From Nemertoderma westbladi (lineage: Eukaryota > Animalia > Xenacoelomorpha), in the NCBI GenBank assembly GCA_032718475.1, contig JAUCBJ010006486.1:1-61153 (forward strand): a stretch of 61,153 nucleotides of DNA, given 5' to 3'. The notes below the pieces were generated by a model. It saw only the letters and a program-made list of their open reading frames with translations, ran no database searches and was not told the origin of the DNA. Positions 26,301-38,432 of the stretch are shown here, piece after piece; the first letter of the stretch is position 1, and the number at the start of each line of letters is the position of its first letter. The translations under genes were made by a program, and so were the position numbers.

Positions 26301-29191
26301 AAACCTACAGTAGGTTGTATTGAATCCCGTTGATCAACGGATTCATTTAAACCCAGAGACGTCTTTGAAACCTACAGTAGGTTGTATTGAATCCCGTTGA
26401 TCAACGGATTCATTTAAACCCTGAGACGTCTTTGAAACCTACAGTAGGTTGTATTGAATCCCGTTGATCAACGGATTCATTTAAACCCAGAGACTGCTTT
26501 GAAACCTACAGTAGGTTGTATTGAATCCCGTTGATCAACGGATTCATTTAAACCCAGAGACGTCTTTGAAACCTACAGTAGGTTGTATTGAATCCCGTTG
26601 ATCAACGGATTCATTTAAACCCAGAGACGTCTTTGAAACCTACAGTAGGTTGTATTGAATCCCGTTGATCAACGGATTTATTTAAACCCAGAGACGTCTT
26701 TGAAAACTACAGTAGGTTGTATTGAATCCCGTTGATCAATGGATTCATTTAAACCCAGAGACGTCTTTGAATCCTACAGTAGGTTGTATTGAATCCCGTT
26801 GATCAACGGATTCATTTAAACCCAGAGACGTCTTTGAAACCTACAGTAGGTTGTATTGAATCCCGTTGATCAACGGATTCATTTAAACCCAGAGACGTCT
26901 TTGAAAACTACAGTAGGTTGTATTGAATCCCGTTGATCAATGGATTCATTTAAACCCAGAGACGTCTTTGAATCCTACAGTAGGTTGTATTGAATCCCGT
27001 TGATCAACGGATTCATTTAAACCCAGAGACGTCTTTGAAACCTACAGTAGGTTGTATTGAATCCCGTTGATCAAGGGATTCATTTAAACCCAGAGACGTC
27101 TTTGAAACCTACATTAGGTTGTATTGAATCCCGTTGATCAATGGATTCATTTAAACCCAGAGACGTCTTTGAATCCTACAGTAGGTTGTATTGAATCCCG
27201 TTGATCAACGGATTCATTTAAACCCAGAGACGTCTTTGAAACCTACAGTAGGTTGTATTGAATCCCGTTGATCAACGGATTCATTTAAACCCAGAGACGT
27301 CTTTGAAACCTACAGTAGGTTGTATTGAATCCCGTTGATCAAGGGATTCATTTAAACCCAGAGACGTCTTTGAAACCTACAGTAGGTTGTATTGAATCCC
27401 GTTGATCAACGGATTCATTTAAACCCAGAGACGTCTTTGAAACCTACAGTAGGTTGTATTGAATCCCGTTGATCAAGGGATTCATTTAAACCCAGAGACG
27501 TCTTTGAAACCTACAGTAGGTTGTATTGAATCCCGTTGATCAACGGATTCATTTAAACCCAGAGACGTCTTTGAAACCTACAGTAGGTTGTATTGAATCC
27601 CGTTGATCAAGGGATTCATTTAAACCCAGAGACGTCTTTGAAACCTACAATAGGTTGTATTGAATCCCGTTGATCAACGGATTCATTTAAACCCAGAGAC
27701 GTCTTTGAAACCTACAGTAGGTTGTATTGAATCCCGTTGATCAACGGATTCATTTAAACCCAGAGACGTCTTTGAAACCTACAGTAGGTTGTATTGAATC
27801 CCGTTGATCAACGGATTCATTTAAACCCAGAGACTGCTTTGAAACCTACAGTAGGTTGTATTGAATCCCGTTGATCAACGGATTCATTTAAACCCAGAGA
27901 CGTCTTTGAAACCTACAGTAGGTTGTATTGAATCCCGTTGATCAACGGATTCATTTAAACCCAGAGACGTCTTTGAAACCTACAGTAGGTTGTATTGAAT
28001 CCCGTTGATCAACGGATTCATTTAAACCCAGAGACGTCTTTGAAACCTACAGTAGGTTGTATTGAATCCCGTTGATCAACGGATTCATTTAAACCCAGAG
28101 ACGTCTTTGAAACCTACAGTAGGTTGTATTGAATCCCGTTGATCAACGGATTCATTTAAACCCAGAGACGTCTTTGAAACCTACAGTAGGTTGTATTGAA
28201 TCCCGTTGATCAACGGATTCATTTAAACCCAGAGACGTCTTTGAAACCTACAGTAGGTTGTATTGAATCCCGTTGATCAACGGATTTATTTAAACCCAGA
28301 TACGTCTTTGAAACCTACAGTAGGTTGTATTGAATCCCGTTGATCAACGGATTTATTTAAACCCAGAGACGTCTTTGAAACCTACAGTAGGTTGTATTGA
28401 ATCCCGTTGATCAACGGATTTATTTAAACCTAGAGACGTCTTTGAAACCTACAGTAGGTTGTATTGAATCCCGTTGATCAACGGATTTATTTAAACCCAG
28501 AGACGTCTTTGAAACCTACAGTAGGTTGTATTGAATCCCGTTGATCAACGGATTCATTTAAACCCAGAGACGTCTTTGAAACCGACAGTAGGTTGTATTG
28601 AATCGCGTTGATCTACGGATTCATTTAAACCCAGAGACGTCTTTGAAACCTACAGTAGGTTGTATTGAATCCTGTTGATCAACGGATTCATTTAAACCCA
28701 GAGACGTCTTTGAAACCTACAGTAGGTTGTATTGAATCCCGTTGATCAACGGATTCATTTAAACCCAGAGACGTCTTTGAAACCGACAGTAGGTTGTATT
28801 GAATCGCGTTGATCTACGGATTCATTTAAACCCAGAGACGTCTTTGAAACCTACAGTAGGTTGTATTGAATCCTGTTGATCAACGGATTCATTTAAACCC
28901 AGAGACGTCTTTGAAACCTACAGTAGGTTGTATTGAATCCCGTTGATCAAGGGATTCATTTAAACCCAGAGACGTCTTTGAAACCTACAGTAGGTTGTAT
29001 TGAATCCCGTTGATCTACGGATTCATTTAAACCCAGAGACGTCTTTGAAACCTACAGTAGGTTGTATTGAATCCCGTTGATCAACGGATTCATTTAAACC
29101 CAGAGACGTCTTTGAATCCTACAGTAGGTTGTATTGAATCCCGTTGATCAACGGATTCATTTAAACCCAGAGACGTCTTTGAAACCTACAG
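17355..29191. repeat. 67-bp satellite, block 1 (about 176 copies)
   Basis: Unit GGATTCATTTAAACCCAGAGACGTCTTTGAAACCTACAGTAGGTTGTATTGAATCCCGTTGATCAAC; starts at 17355, 17422, 17489; highly homogeneous. Confidence 0.99.
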
Positions 29192-29900
29192 AGTGATTCC
29201 ATTCAAATTCGACAAATATCGGTGGCACTCATTTTTTTAAAATGATTCGATCTTTACCAAACTTACAGGGTCTGACGATATTGCTATTATTAAGTTATGT
29301 TGAAAATTTCAGCAAATTTGGTTCATTAGAACCGAAGTTATGGCCATTTTAAATATCGTGTTTTTAATAAAATTCAATATTATCAAAAATAAAACTTAAT
29401 GTAACTTTGGTGTACATAGTCCCCAGGATTTTAAACACACATCAAATTATAATATATGAGTAGTACTGTTTGCTACTGAAAGCCCGAAGAACAACAATTT
29501 TTAAAACCAATTTTATTTTTTACTTTAATTTGGTCATATTTTATATTTTCCAATAATTTACCCCAATTTAATAGTTAATTTTATTCACTTCAGAATTAGA
29601 TAATTAACCAAGCATTGCGGCAACTTTATACATACCCTATTTATAAACCAGATTATATTTATTATAAACATCAATTATCAATATAAGCGTTTTTATAATT
29701 AATTTAATTTAGCAAAAATGTCAAAAAGTAGTTTTTTAAAAGTGCCTGTACAAATGAATTTTTAATTAATATTTGGTATGTAAGTTCATTGTAGATAAAT
29801 AAATCGATGTAGAAAGTGTGAATAGATAACGGGCTTTAGCGTTGATTTAATTTACATTCGAAGTTTCGTACCGGGCGGCATTTCTTCAAACAAACCGCCC
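29189..29900 (+). mobile_element. Possible single end of a Tc1/mariner-type element inserted at a TA in the satellite
   Basis: Satellite breaks at CCTA|CAGAGTGATTCCATTC, a Tc1/mariner-like TA-CAG start followed by AT-rich DNA; no matching right TIR found; end coordinate approximate. Confidence 0.4.
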
Positions 29901-30442
29901 ATTGATTGACAGCCAACTAGTAGCGCCTCTCTGCTGGAGATCGCTGCTCCAGCTCTGCTTTAGGCTTTTAGCGGCAGTCCAGTTAAAGTTAGACTTGGTT
30001 TCTCTGTTCAGAGTTCGGCTCCCAGCAACTTGATTCACTCGGATTAAACTTTCGGTTCTACTTAAATTCTCAAGTTCGTTATGTTAACATAGATTATGAT
30101 TTGGAAATACATAATTTTGTTACGTTTTTAACATAAATTTTAACTTTTAATATAATAAGTCTAATAAGATATAAATAATCCTCTTTCCCCACTATTATAA
30201 TTTATAGTGGAGGCCCAACCTGTCTTTGACTTTACAAAGATGTAAAATCTCGGGTAGTGGTAGGTAATGAAGCATCTAAGGAATTTGATTGTTTTCTTGG
30301 GGTTCGACAACATTTTTTGCTCGGTTGCCGGTGATACGACGACTTAAGACTTCAATATCTAGATGAATATTTTTCGAGGCAGCCGTCCTTGTTAAAACTA
30401 AAGCAGTTGAATAGTTACCTTTCGGGGGGTGTAAACGTTAAC

Positions 30443-31030
30443 CAGACACTGGTGCAGACATTGATGCAGACAGTGGTGCAGACAGTGGTGCAGAAACAGT
30501 GGTGCAGACACTGGTGCATACAGTGGTGCAGACCGTGGTGCAAACTGTGGTGCAGACAGTGGTGCAGACAGTGGTGCAAACACTGGTGCAGACAGTGGTG
30601 CAGATACTGGAGCAGACACTGGTGCAGGTGCAGACAATGGTGCAGACACCTGGTGCAGACACTGGTGCAGACAGTGGTGCAGACAGTGGTGCAAACTCTG
30701 GTGCAGACAGTGGTGCAAACACTGGTGCAGACAGTGGTGCAGACAGTGGTGCAGACAGTGGTGCAGACAGTGGTGCAAACACTGGTGCAGACAGTGGTGC
30801 AAACACTGGTGCAGGCAGTGGTGCAGACAGTGGCGCAGACAGTGGTGCAGAACGTGGTGCAGACAGTGGTGTAGACAGTGGTGCCGATAGTGGTGCAAAC
30901 ACTGGGCAGACAGTGGTGCAGATACTGGAGGAGACACTGGTACAGACAATGGTGCAGACACCTGGTGCAGACACTGGTGCAGACAATGGTGCAGACACCT
31001 GGTGCAGACACTGGTGTAAACCAGACATGG
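30443..31030. repeat. 12-bp minisatellite (CAGACAGTGGTG), about 48 copies
   Basis: Direct periodicity; source of the QTVV/GADS/CTTV pseudo-ORFs. Confidence 0.97.
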
Positions 31031-31495
31031 TACAGTCTAATTATATCGCCCAACGGTGCCTCATCGCATGTTTAAACTGTGAGTTAATAGTGACACGTTA
31101 ATCTAACCAAAACAATAAACGCCCAAGCCCAAGCCAATATTGCCCAAGCTACGACCAACCGAGCAAAAAATATTCTCAGCCATTACAGTGAATCAAAACT
31201 TAACGAATAAAATGTAAAGAAAGAATATCTAAAAAGGAGAATTATGGCAATGATTAGTCAAAATAAATGAACCTTACCTCCCATTGTGTCTCTATACCTA
31301 GAGCTTATACATACAGACCTGATACAGACAGGGTAGATCCAGGTGGTCCCAGCAAGGGGTTGGTCTTGGTCGTTAAAATTGGTCAATACCAATTACTTGG
31401 CCTAGAGAATATGATCCGCCCACTAAATAGTAAGTAAAGCGACCAGTCGCTTGCAAAATATTGCTAGTGTGTGTTATACATAAAAATGTACGAAC

Positions 31496-32885
31496 CAGGG
31501 GCGCCGGAAGCACGGGGGCAGCGGGGGCAGCTGCCCCCCCAGCCCGTATGACAGGGGGGCAAGGGGGGCATCAATGTGCCTTTCCAGAATTAACTCACAA
31601 CGGAAACGGCCCACACTATCTCACTATCTGACAATAAATTAATGTAAAATCGTTGCAAAAATGTTAAAGTTACATTAGCAGCCAGACCGGATATTACCAA
31701 TAATGCCCCCCACCCACCTCGGCCCAGTCCGTCCTCCCCCGTGCATGATATAAAATCAAGTTCACAGAAAGCCAGTCTATCTCTACCACAGCATAGTCTG
31801 TAAATATGGCCTTGTGACTTGGACAATGGAAGCAAGTGGAGACTAATTGACCACTTGTCAACCCTTTCCTTTCCTTTCCTCCTTCGGCGTACTCTTCAAC
31901 TCTCGATGTTGCCTTACTCATTGTTAAAATAATTTGTAGTGTTCTCGAATATTTATTACATAACTAGAGAGCCGCTTAACTACATGAACCAATATTGGAT
32001 ATTGAGTCCGTATTGGATCCTAGGGAATAAAGGTGAAACTTTTTCTCTCGATTTTGCGGTATATTCGAGCGAAAACGTAACAATTTAAGAATAAAATGTG
32101 TTATGTTGAGGCATTTTATTTACCGAGCGTTAGCGAGGTTAATACAGGGTCGAGAGAATATTTAAAAAAATATTCTACTTTTTTTCTTATGTAATAGGCC
32201 TACGTAATTTTATTCTTAAATTGGAACATTTTTGTTGTCTAATTCTTTAATAAAAGATGGATCAATAAGTTGTTACAATAACTATTTAAGTAGTGGCAAA
32301 AAAGTAGGCTTTTTTTGTCGAGCGTAGCGAGACTAATAAGAAAGCAAGAAAAAAAGGTTACTTTTTGCTCCACTTACGTCGTTTTATTTGTTGTAAGTCT
32401 TCTCTTACTTTTATCTGGGCCCATTTCAGCATAAATATCGTCCACCGAAGCTTCTTCCATAGCGAAATAACGGCATTAGTATACCCTGGGTAGGCTACCC
32501 ATACTGTCATAGTTTGACCAAATTTTTTCTTATAAAAAGGCTTTTATCATGAGGTTTTTTTTCTAGAACAAATATTTGACCTTCTTACAGTATGGTATTT
32601 TTTCCAAAAAATGTTCTAGAAAAAATTCTATAACCAAAATATTTATCAAAATTGATAACTAACACTCTTGTTCTATAACATGTTTACAACATATTTACAA
32701 CATTCATATTTACACACAACAACATATTTAAATGTTTACAATTCAAACTTGTTAATTAATAGGTATTATTAAATACATCCCATTTGAATTTTGTGTAACT
32801 TTTTTCTAATATTATTATCGTATTATAAAAAGTGCCCTTTTTTAGCAGCTGCCCCGGTCGCACAAATTTGCTTCCGGCGCCCCTG
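31496..32885. mobile_element. hAT-type non-autonomous DNA transposon, 1390 bp
   Basis: 17-bp perfect TIR CAGGGGCGCCGGAAGCA; 8-bp TSD GTACGAAC (31488-31495, 32886-32893). Confidence 0.95.
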
Positions 32886-32910
32886 GTACGAACAGTCGTA
32901 CATGTGTTAT

Positions 32911-35010
32911 ATCAACGGATTCATTTAAACCCAGAGACGTCTTTGAAACCTACAGTAGGTTGTATTGAATCCCGTTGATCAACGGATTCATTTAAACCCA
33001 GAGACGTCTTTGAAACCTACAGTAGGTTGTATTGAATCCCGTTGATCAACGGATTCATTTAAACCCAGAGACGTCTTTGAAACCTACAGTAGGTTGTATT
33101 GAATCCCGTTGATCAACGGATTCATTTAAACCCAGAGACGTCTTTGAAACCTACAGTAGGTTGTATTGAATCCCGTTGATCAACGGATTCATTTAAACCC
33201 AGAGACGTCTTTGAATCCTACAGTAGGTTGTATTGAATCCCGTTGATCAACGGATTCATTTAAACCCAGAGACGTCTTTGAAACCTACAGTAGGTTGTAT
33301 TGAATCCCGTTGATCAACGGATTCATTTAAACCCAGAGACGTCTTTGAAACCTACAGTAGGTTGTATTGAATCCCGTTGATCAACGGATTCATTTAAACC
33401 CAGAGACGTCTTTGAAACCTACAATAGGTTGTATTGAATCCCGTTGATCAACGGATTCATTTAAACCCAAAGACGTCTTTGAAACCTACAGTAGGTTGTA
33501 TTGAATCCCGTTGATCAAGGGATTCATTTAAACCCAGAGACGTCTTTGAAACCTACAGTAGGTTGTATTGAATCCCGTTGATCAACGGATTCATTTAAAC
33601 CCAGAGACGTCTTTGAAACCTACAGTAGGTTGTATTGAATCCCGTTGATCAACGGATTCATTTAAACCCAGAGACGTCTTTGAAACCTACAATAGGTTGT
33701 ATTGAATCCCGTTGATCAAGGGATTCATTTAAACCCAGAGACGTCTTTGAAACCTACAGTAGGTTGTTATGAGTCCCGTTGATCAACGGATTCATTTAAA
33801 CCCAGAGACGTCTTTGAAACCTACAGTAGGTTGTATTGAATCCCGTTGATCAGGGGATTCATTTAAACCCAGAGACGTCTTTGAAACCTACAGTAGGTTG
33901 TATTGAATCCCGTTGATCAAGGGATTCATTTAAACCCAGAGACGTCTTTGAAACCTACAGTAGGTTGTATTGAATCCCGTTGATCAAGGGATTCATTTAA
34001 ACCCAGAGACGTCTTTGAAACCTACAGTAGGTTGTATTGAATCCCGTTGATCAACGGATTCATTTAAACCCTGAGACGTCTTGGAAACCTACAGTAGGTT
34101 GTATTGAATCCCGTTGATCTACGGATTCATTTAAACCCAGAGACGTCTTTGAAACCTACAGTAGGTTGTATTGAATCCCGTTGATCTACGGATTCATTTA
34201 AACCCAGAGACGTCTTTGAAACCTACAGTAGGTTGTATTGAATCCCGTTGATCTACGGATTCATTTAAACCTAGAGACGTCTTTGAAACCTACAGTAGGT
34301 TGTATTGAATCCCGTTGATCAAGGGATTCATTTAAACCCAGAGACGTCTTTGAAACCTACAGTAGGTTGTATTGAATCCAGTTGATCAACGGATTCATTT
34401 AAACCCAGAGACGTCTTTGAAACCTACAGTAGGTTGTATTGAATCCCGTTGATCAAGGGATTCATTTAAACCCAGAGACGTCTTTGAAACCTACAGTAGG
34501 TTGGATTGAATCCCGTTGATCAACGGATTCATTTAAACCTAGAGACGTCTTTGAAACCTACAGTAGGTTGTATTGAATCCCGTTGATCAAGGGATTCATT
34601 TAAACCCAGAGACGTCTTTGAAACCTACAGTAGGTTGTATTGAATCCCGTTGATCAACGGATTCATTTAAACCCAGAGACGTCTTTGAAACCTACAGTAG
34701 GTTGTATTGAATCCCGTTGATCAAGGGATTCATTTAAACCCAGAGACGTCTTTGAAACCTACAGTAGGTTGCATTGAATCCCGTTGATCAACGGATTCAT
34801 TTAAACCCAGAGACGTCTTTGAAACCTACAGTAGGTTGTATTGAATCCCGTTGATCAACGGATTCATTTAAACCCAGAGACGTCTTTGAAACCTACAGTA
34901 GGTTGTATTGAATCCCGTTGATCAACGGATTCATTTAAACCCAGAGACGTCTTTGAAACCTACAGTAGGTTGTATTGAATCCCGTTGATCAACGGATTCA
35001 TTTAAACCTA
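32911..35010. repeat. 67-bp satellite, block 2 (about 31 copies), same orientation as block 1
   Basis: Same unit; more variant units; grades into degenerate GGATTCATT motifs at 35010-35140. Confidence 0.98.
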
Positions 35011-35300
35011 GGTTGAAATGAATGGGGATTCTTTTAAACCAAGGCTTAAATTATTTGGGAGTCATTTTATATGGGATTCATTACAAACTAGTACCCAATC
35101 TTCGAAGGACATTCATTTCAACCCGAATGAATGAATCCCCAATCAAGTGTGTACGCGCTTTCAGACCTTTAGAAGTTTAACCTGCCAATTTTAGTTGTCC
35201 TCTTGTTTATAAATCGACTTTAACCTATAACAATTATTTGGTGCACATGAAGTTACATTAGCCGAAGCCAGTCTATGCGCGATCATTCACCCACTGTTAA

Positions 35301-36596
35301 CCCTTTTAGTACTGAATTGGAAAATATCTTGTACCTCCAGAACCTGAATATATTTTATGAAATTATAAAAATATTTCTTAAACTTCAACAAATGTCACAG
35401 GCTTGCTTCCTTTCAAAATAATCTATGTTTCCCCAATTATGAGGTTGTTTTTACCGTAGATTTCATTTCCGAAGTCTGTTTTTCTGTACAGCCTATCCTT
35501 CCTTATGTGTCTGTTGTCTGTCTGTCTGTCTGTCTGTCTGTCAAATAGAAAAATTGTGTTTCAACTGAAATCTGAATCTCCTTTTGGGTAATCAATGCCG
35601 TGGAATTCGAATCTAACAATAACTTATTCATTCGATTAGCCGTTCTTCTGATATTGTCTGTCTGTCTGTCATGTTATTATGTCTGTCTGTCAAAATATTA
35701 CTATCTAATCAGTTTGTTATTACGAATTATTAACAGGATGGCGATCTCTTTCAGGTCTGTCTGCCATGGCCACTGTTAGACTGTTAGACGTACAGTCACT
35801 CAATATAGGCCCTAATAATTAATATAATCAGATAATCGTATTATATAATATAATAAATAGTATATATCAGTATATTCCAAATGGCACAAGTAGGCTGCCG
35901 GTAATAGGCTACACTTAATTTCACTAGGCCTATTACAGTATATATTATGAGAATAAATTCTACCGTAATTCTAATTCACTACGCACTACGTACCGGTAAT
36001 AATAATAATAATAATTAATTGATATAGGCCTATACCGGTAATAAATAATTATTATAAATTTATATGATAATTATAGGCCTAATAAAAAACAGCATACGTC
36101 ATACACATAAGTGCAGCAGTGCCGTAAATTGATTCACAAATGACTGACTGAATATACAATTACTAACAAATGGATGGATGGAACGTAGTAGCTTTAGTCA
36201 CCTACAGGATAATATTATGATGTGTTATCCAATCACAAACGAGATAACAAACCACTCCAGGGTTTAGGGCACGGTACCCCGTAATGTATAATGGATAGTA
36301 GTCAACAATCTACCTACAACCAATTCGCCCTGCCTCAACAAAGGCAGCAAAGTTGGAAGTAAAAGGCCTAGATTTGAATCTCCATAGAAGGCAAGGTAAA
36401 CCCATTAGCCAATCAAATGGCTGCAAAAAAATTTCAAAAATTATTGTCCTAAGGCACTGAATAGTGAATTGGAACACTTTCTAAGGCGCTGTTGGGTGGT
36501 GGATGGCCTGCTTATCAAGTGAGATGCCATGGTACAACAGTTGGGACATAGCGCAGGTGGTTATGGTACAACAGGTGGGACATAGTACTAAAAGGG
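35301..36596. mobile_element. piggyBac-type non-autonomous element, 1296 bp
   Basis: 13-bp TIR CCCTTTTAGTACT, TTAA duplicated on both sides; empty site ACTGTTAAGGGAG in the 5' LTR near 59618. Confidence 0.96.
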
Positions 36597-36905
36597 TTAA
36601 GGGAGACTGGATTCGGGTGCTTTGAAAGTTATTGCGGTGCAGACCTACTGTATTATTCGATTGATCGTTACTATATAATTTCTGACAATATTATTCACTT
36701 TCGGGGAGATATTAACAGTTCCTTTAGGACGTGGCGCTTTAAGTATATAAAACAGAGTTATGACTTATACTAAACACAACGAGATGGCCACTGAGTTTCG
36801 TAAATAGCGCATTCTTTAGGAGATGCTTTATTATCTGTCACACTACTTCACACGTCTTCACACTACTTCACACTGATCTGCCGACCGTCACTGAATTTGA
36901 TCATA

Positions 36906-37750
36906 TGTGGCTGGCCACGAGAAAAGGGACCTTATGTCGCAAAACCTGATTCTGAGATAATCGCGTTTAAAGTTTCCCTCTATTTTTGAACAAATTTAAT
37001 TGGATTATCAATTTCGAAATGTATAAAACGATGAGGGAAATTCAAATTGGTTCTGATATTCAATATACCTAGGAAATAACTAATTACAGGAAGCAATATA
37101 AGATGCTGCAGTATTGTATATAACACGGTCTTAGGGTTTTCATGTCTGAATTTAGGACTGTAATAAATTGTAATTGTACTACTGTAATACAGTATGTAGG
37201 TACTGTTGGCCTACAGTTATTTTTTAAATGCAATATGGCTGTCATTTTCTTAATTTATCTTCGTTAGTTCTTAAATTTTGTAATCCCAATAAAGAATTCA
37301 AAATACAAATAATTTTAAAAAATTGAAAAATTAATCTTTTTTAAAAAATTTTAAATTAAAAAATTTTTTTTGCATACATGTTTTTTTGAAAATGTTGCAA
37401 AAATTTTTTTCAAATAGTTCATGAACAATATTAATAGTTTCAAAGTGTTAAAGTTGTATAAAAAGCCGAATAACATTGAGCTGCCTAATTATATAGTAAG
37501 AATTGCTATGATTTATTAATATTTTCCATTTTTTTTTAATAATCGCTTATTATACAGTAACCGCTATTAATAAAAATTTTTTTGCTACCCGATTCACCTT
37601 CACATAAATCGCTATAACTTTTTTTTAGAAATAGATATTGAGACACCGTTTTTTTTGTTAAAATCTCTGGAAAATTCTGCATCTCATAGGCCTAATAACT
37701 CAAAATCGACCTCCGGTGACATAAGGTCCCTTTTCTCGTGGCCAGCCACA
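36906..37750. mobile_element. Non-autonomous TIR element, 845 bp, TA target, superfamily unassigned
   Basis: 33-bp perfect TIR TGTGGCTGGCCACGAGAAAAGGGACCTTATGTC; empty site GATCATATATAAGG in the 5' LTR near 59920 implies a TA duplication. Confidence 0.95.
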
Positions 37751-38432
37751 TATATAAGGAGGATAGCAACTGACACATGTAGGGATTATGAAATAGCATC
37801 TAATTCACACAAAATCACTATAATGTAAGTCGCAATTGCTACAGGTAACCGGTCCCTCTTACCTTCAGTAATCAAGAAGATTGGGGGTTTTATGATTATT
37901 TATCGGTATTCTCCAAATATAACAACATATCCATCAATATACAACAATTAATAACAGACAGTAAACAGAAGTAAAATAGTGCGGTGAACAATCAATATAT
38001 GTTACTTATGCAAGTCAGTTCAGCAGTTTGGGTTGATAATAGATTTACGTTCTTGAAATCAAAGCCATCTAATGTTTTGGCCAAAGTCTGAAACTTCTAC
38101 AGAAGCACAGAAGAATTCTAAGCCGGTGTTCTGAGGCTCAGAAAAGGTAAACAAAGACCGTAATGCATTGCGCGGGTTTCCGTAGGCCCTTGTCCAACAT
38201 AAAATGAAAATCGCTCTGATTGGCTGAGCAGAACAAAGAGGTTCCACGTTTACAGAAAATCAGCTGACAGATTTCGTCATCTGAGCTCCAGTCTTTTAGA
38301 GTATTAGGCGCATTGCGGCAAAAATGACTTGTTATGTCCGCTAAAGCTTTTATACCACTCCCAGAAAATTGGATTTAATTCTATAAAATATAAAAAATCA
38401 CAGTTTCAAAAATATAAAAATACTCTAAACAG

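Larger units (their letters stand above)
35150..38354 (-). repeat. E3 3' LTR (about 1.06 kb plus two MITE insertions)
   Basis: Segments 35150-35300, 36601-36905 and 37751-38354 align with 59433-60582. Confidence 0.95.

Noticed and set aside
30389-31101. Cys/His-rich or antifreeze-like ORFs on both strands
   Set aside because: Artefacts of a 12-bp repeat lacking stop codons.
17355-35010. CRISPR-like palindromic repeat array
   Set aside because: Head-to-tail identical units without unique spacers, no cas genes, eukaryotic TE context.
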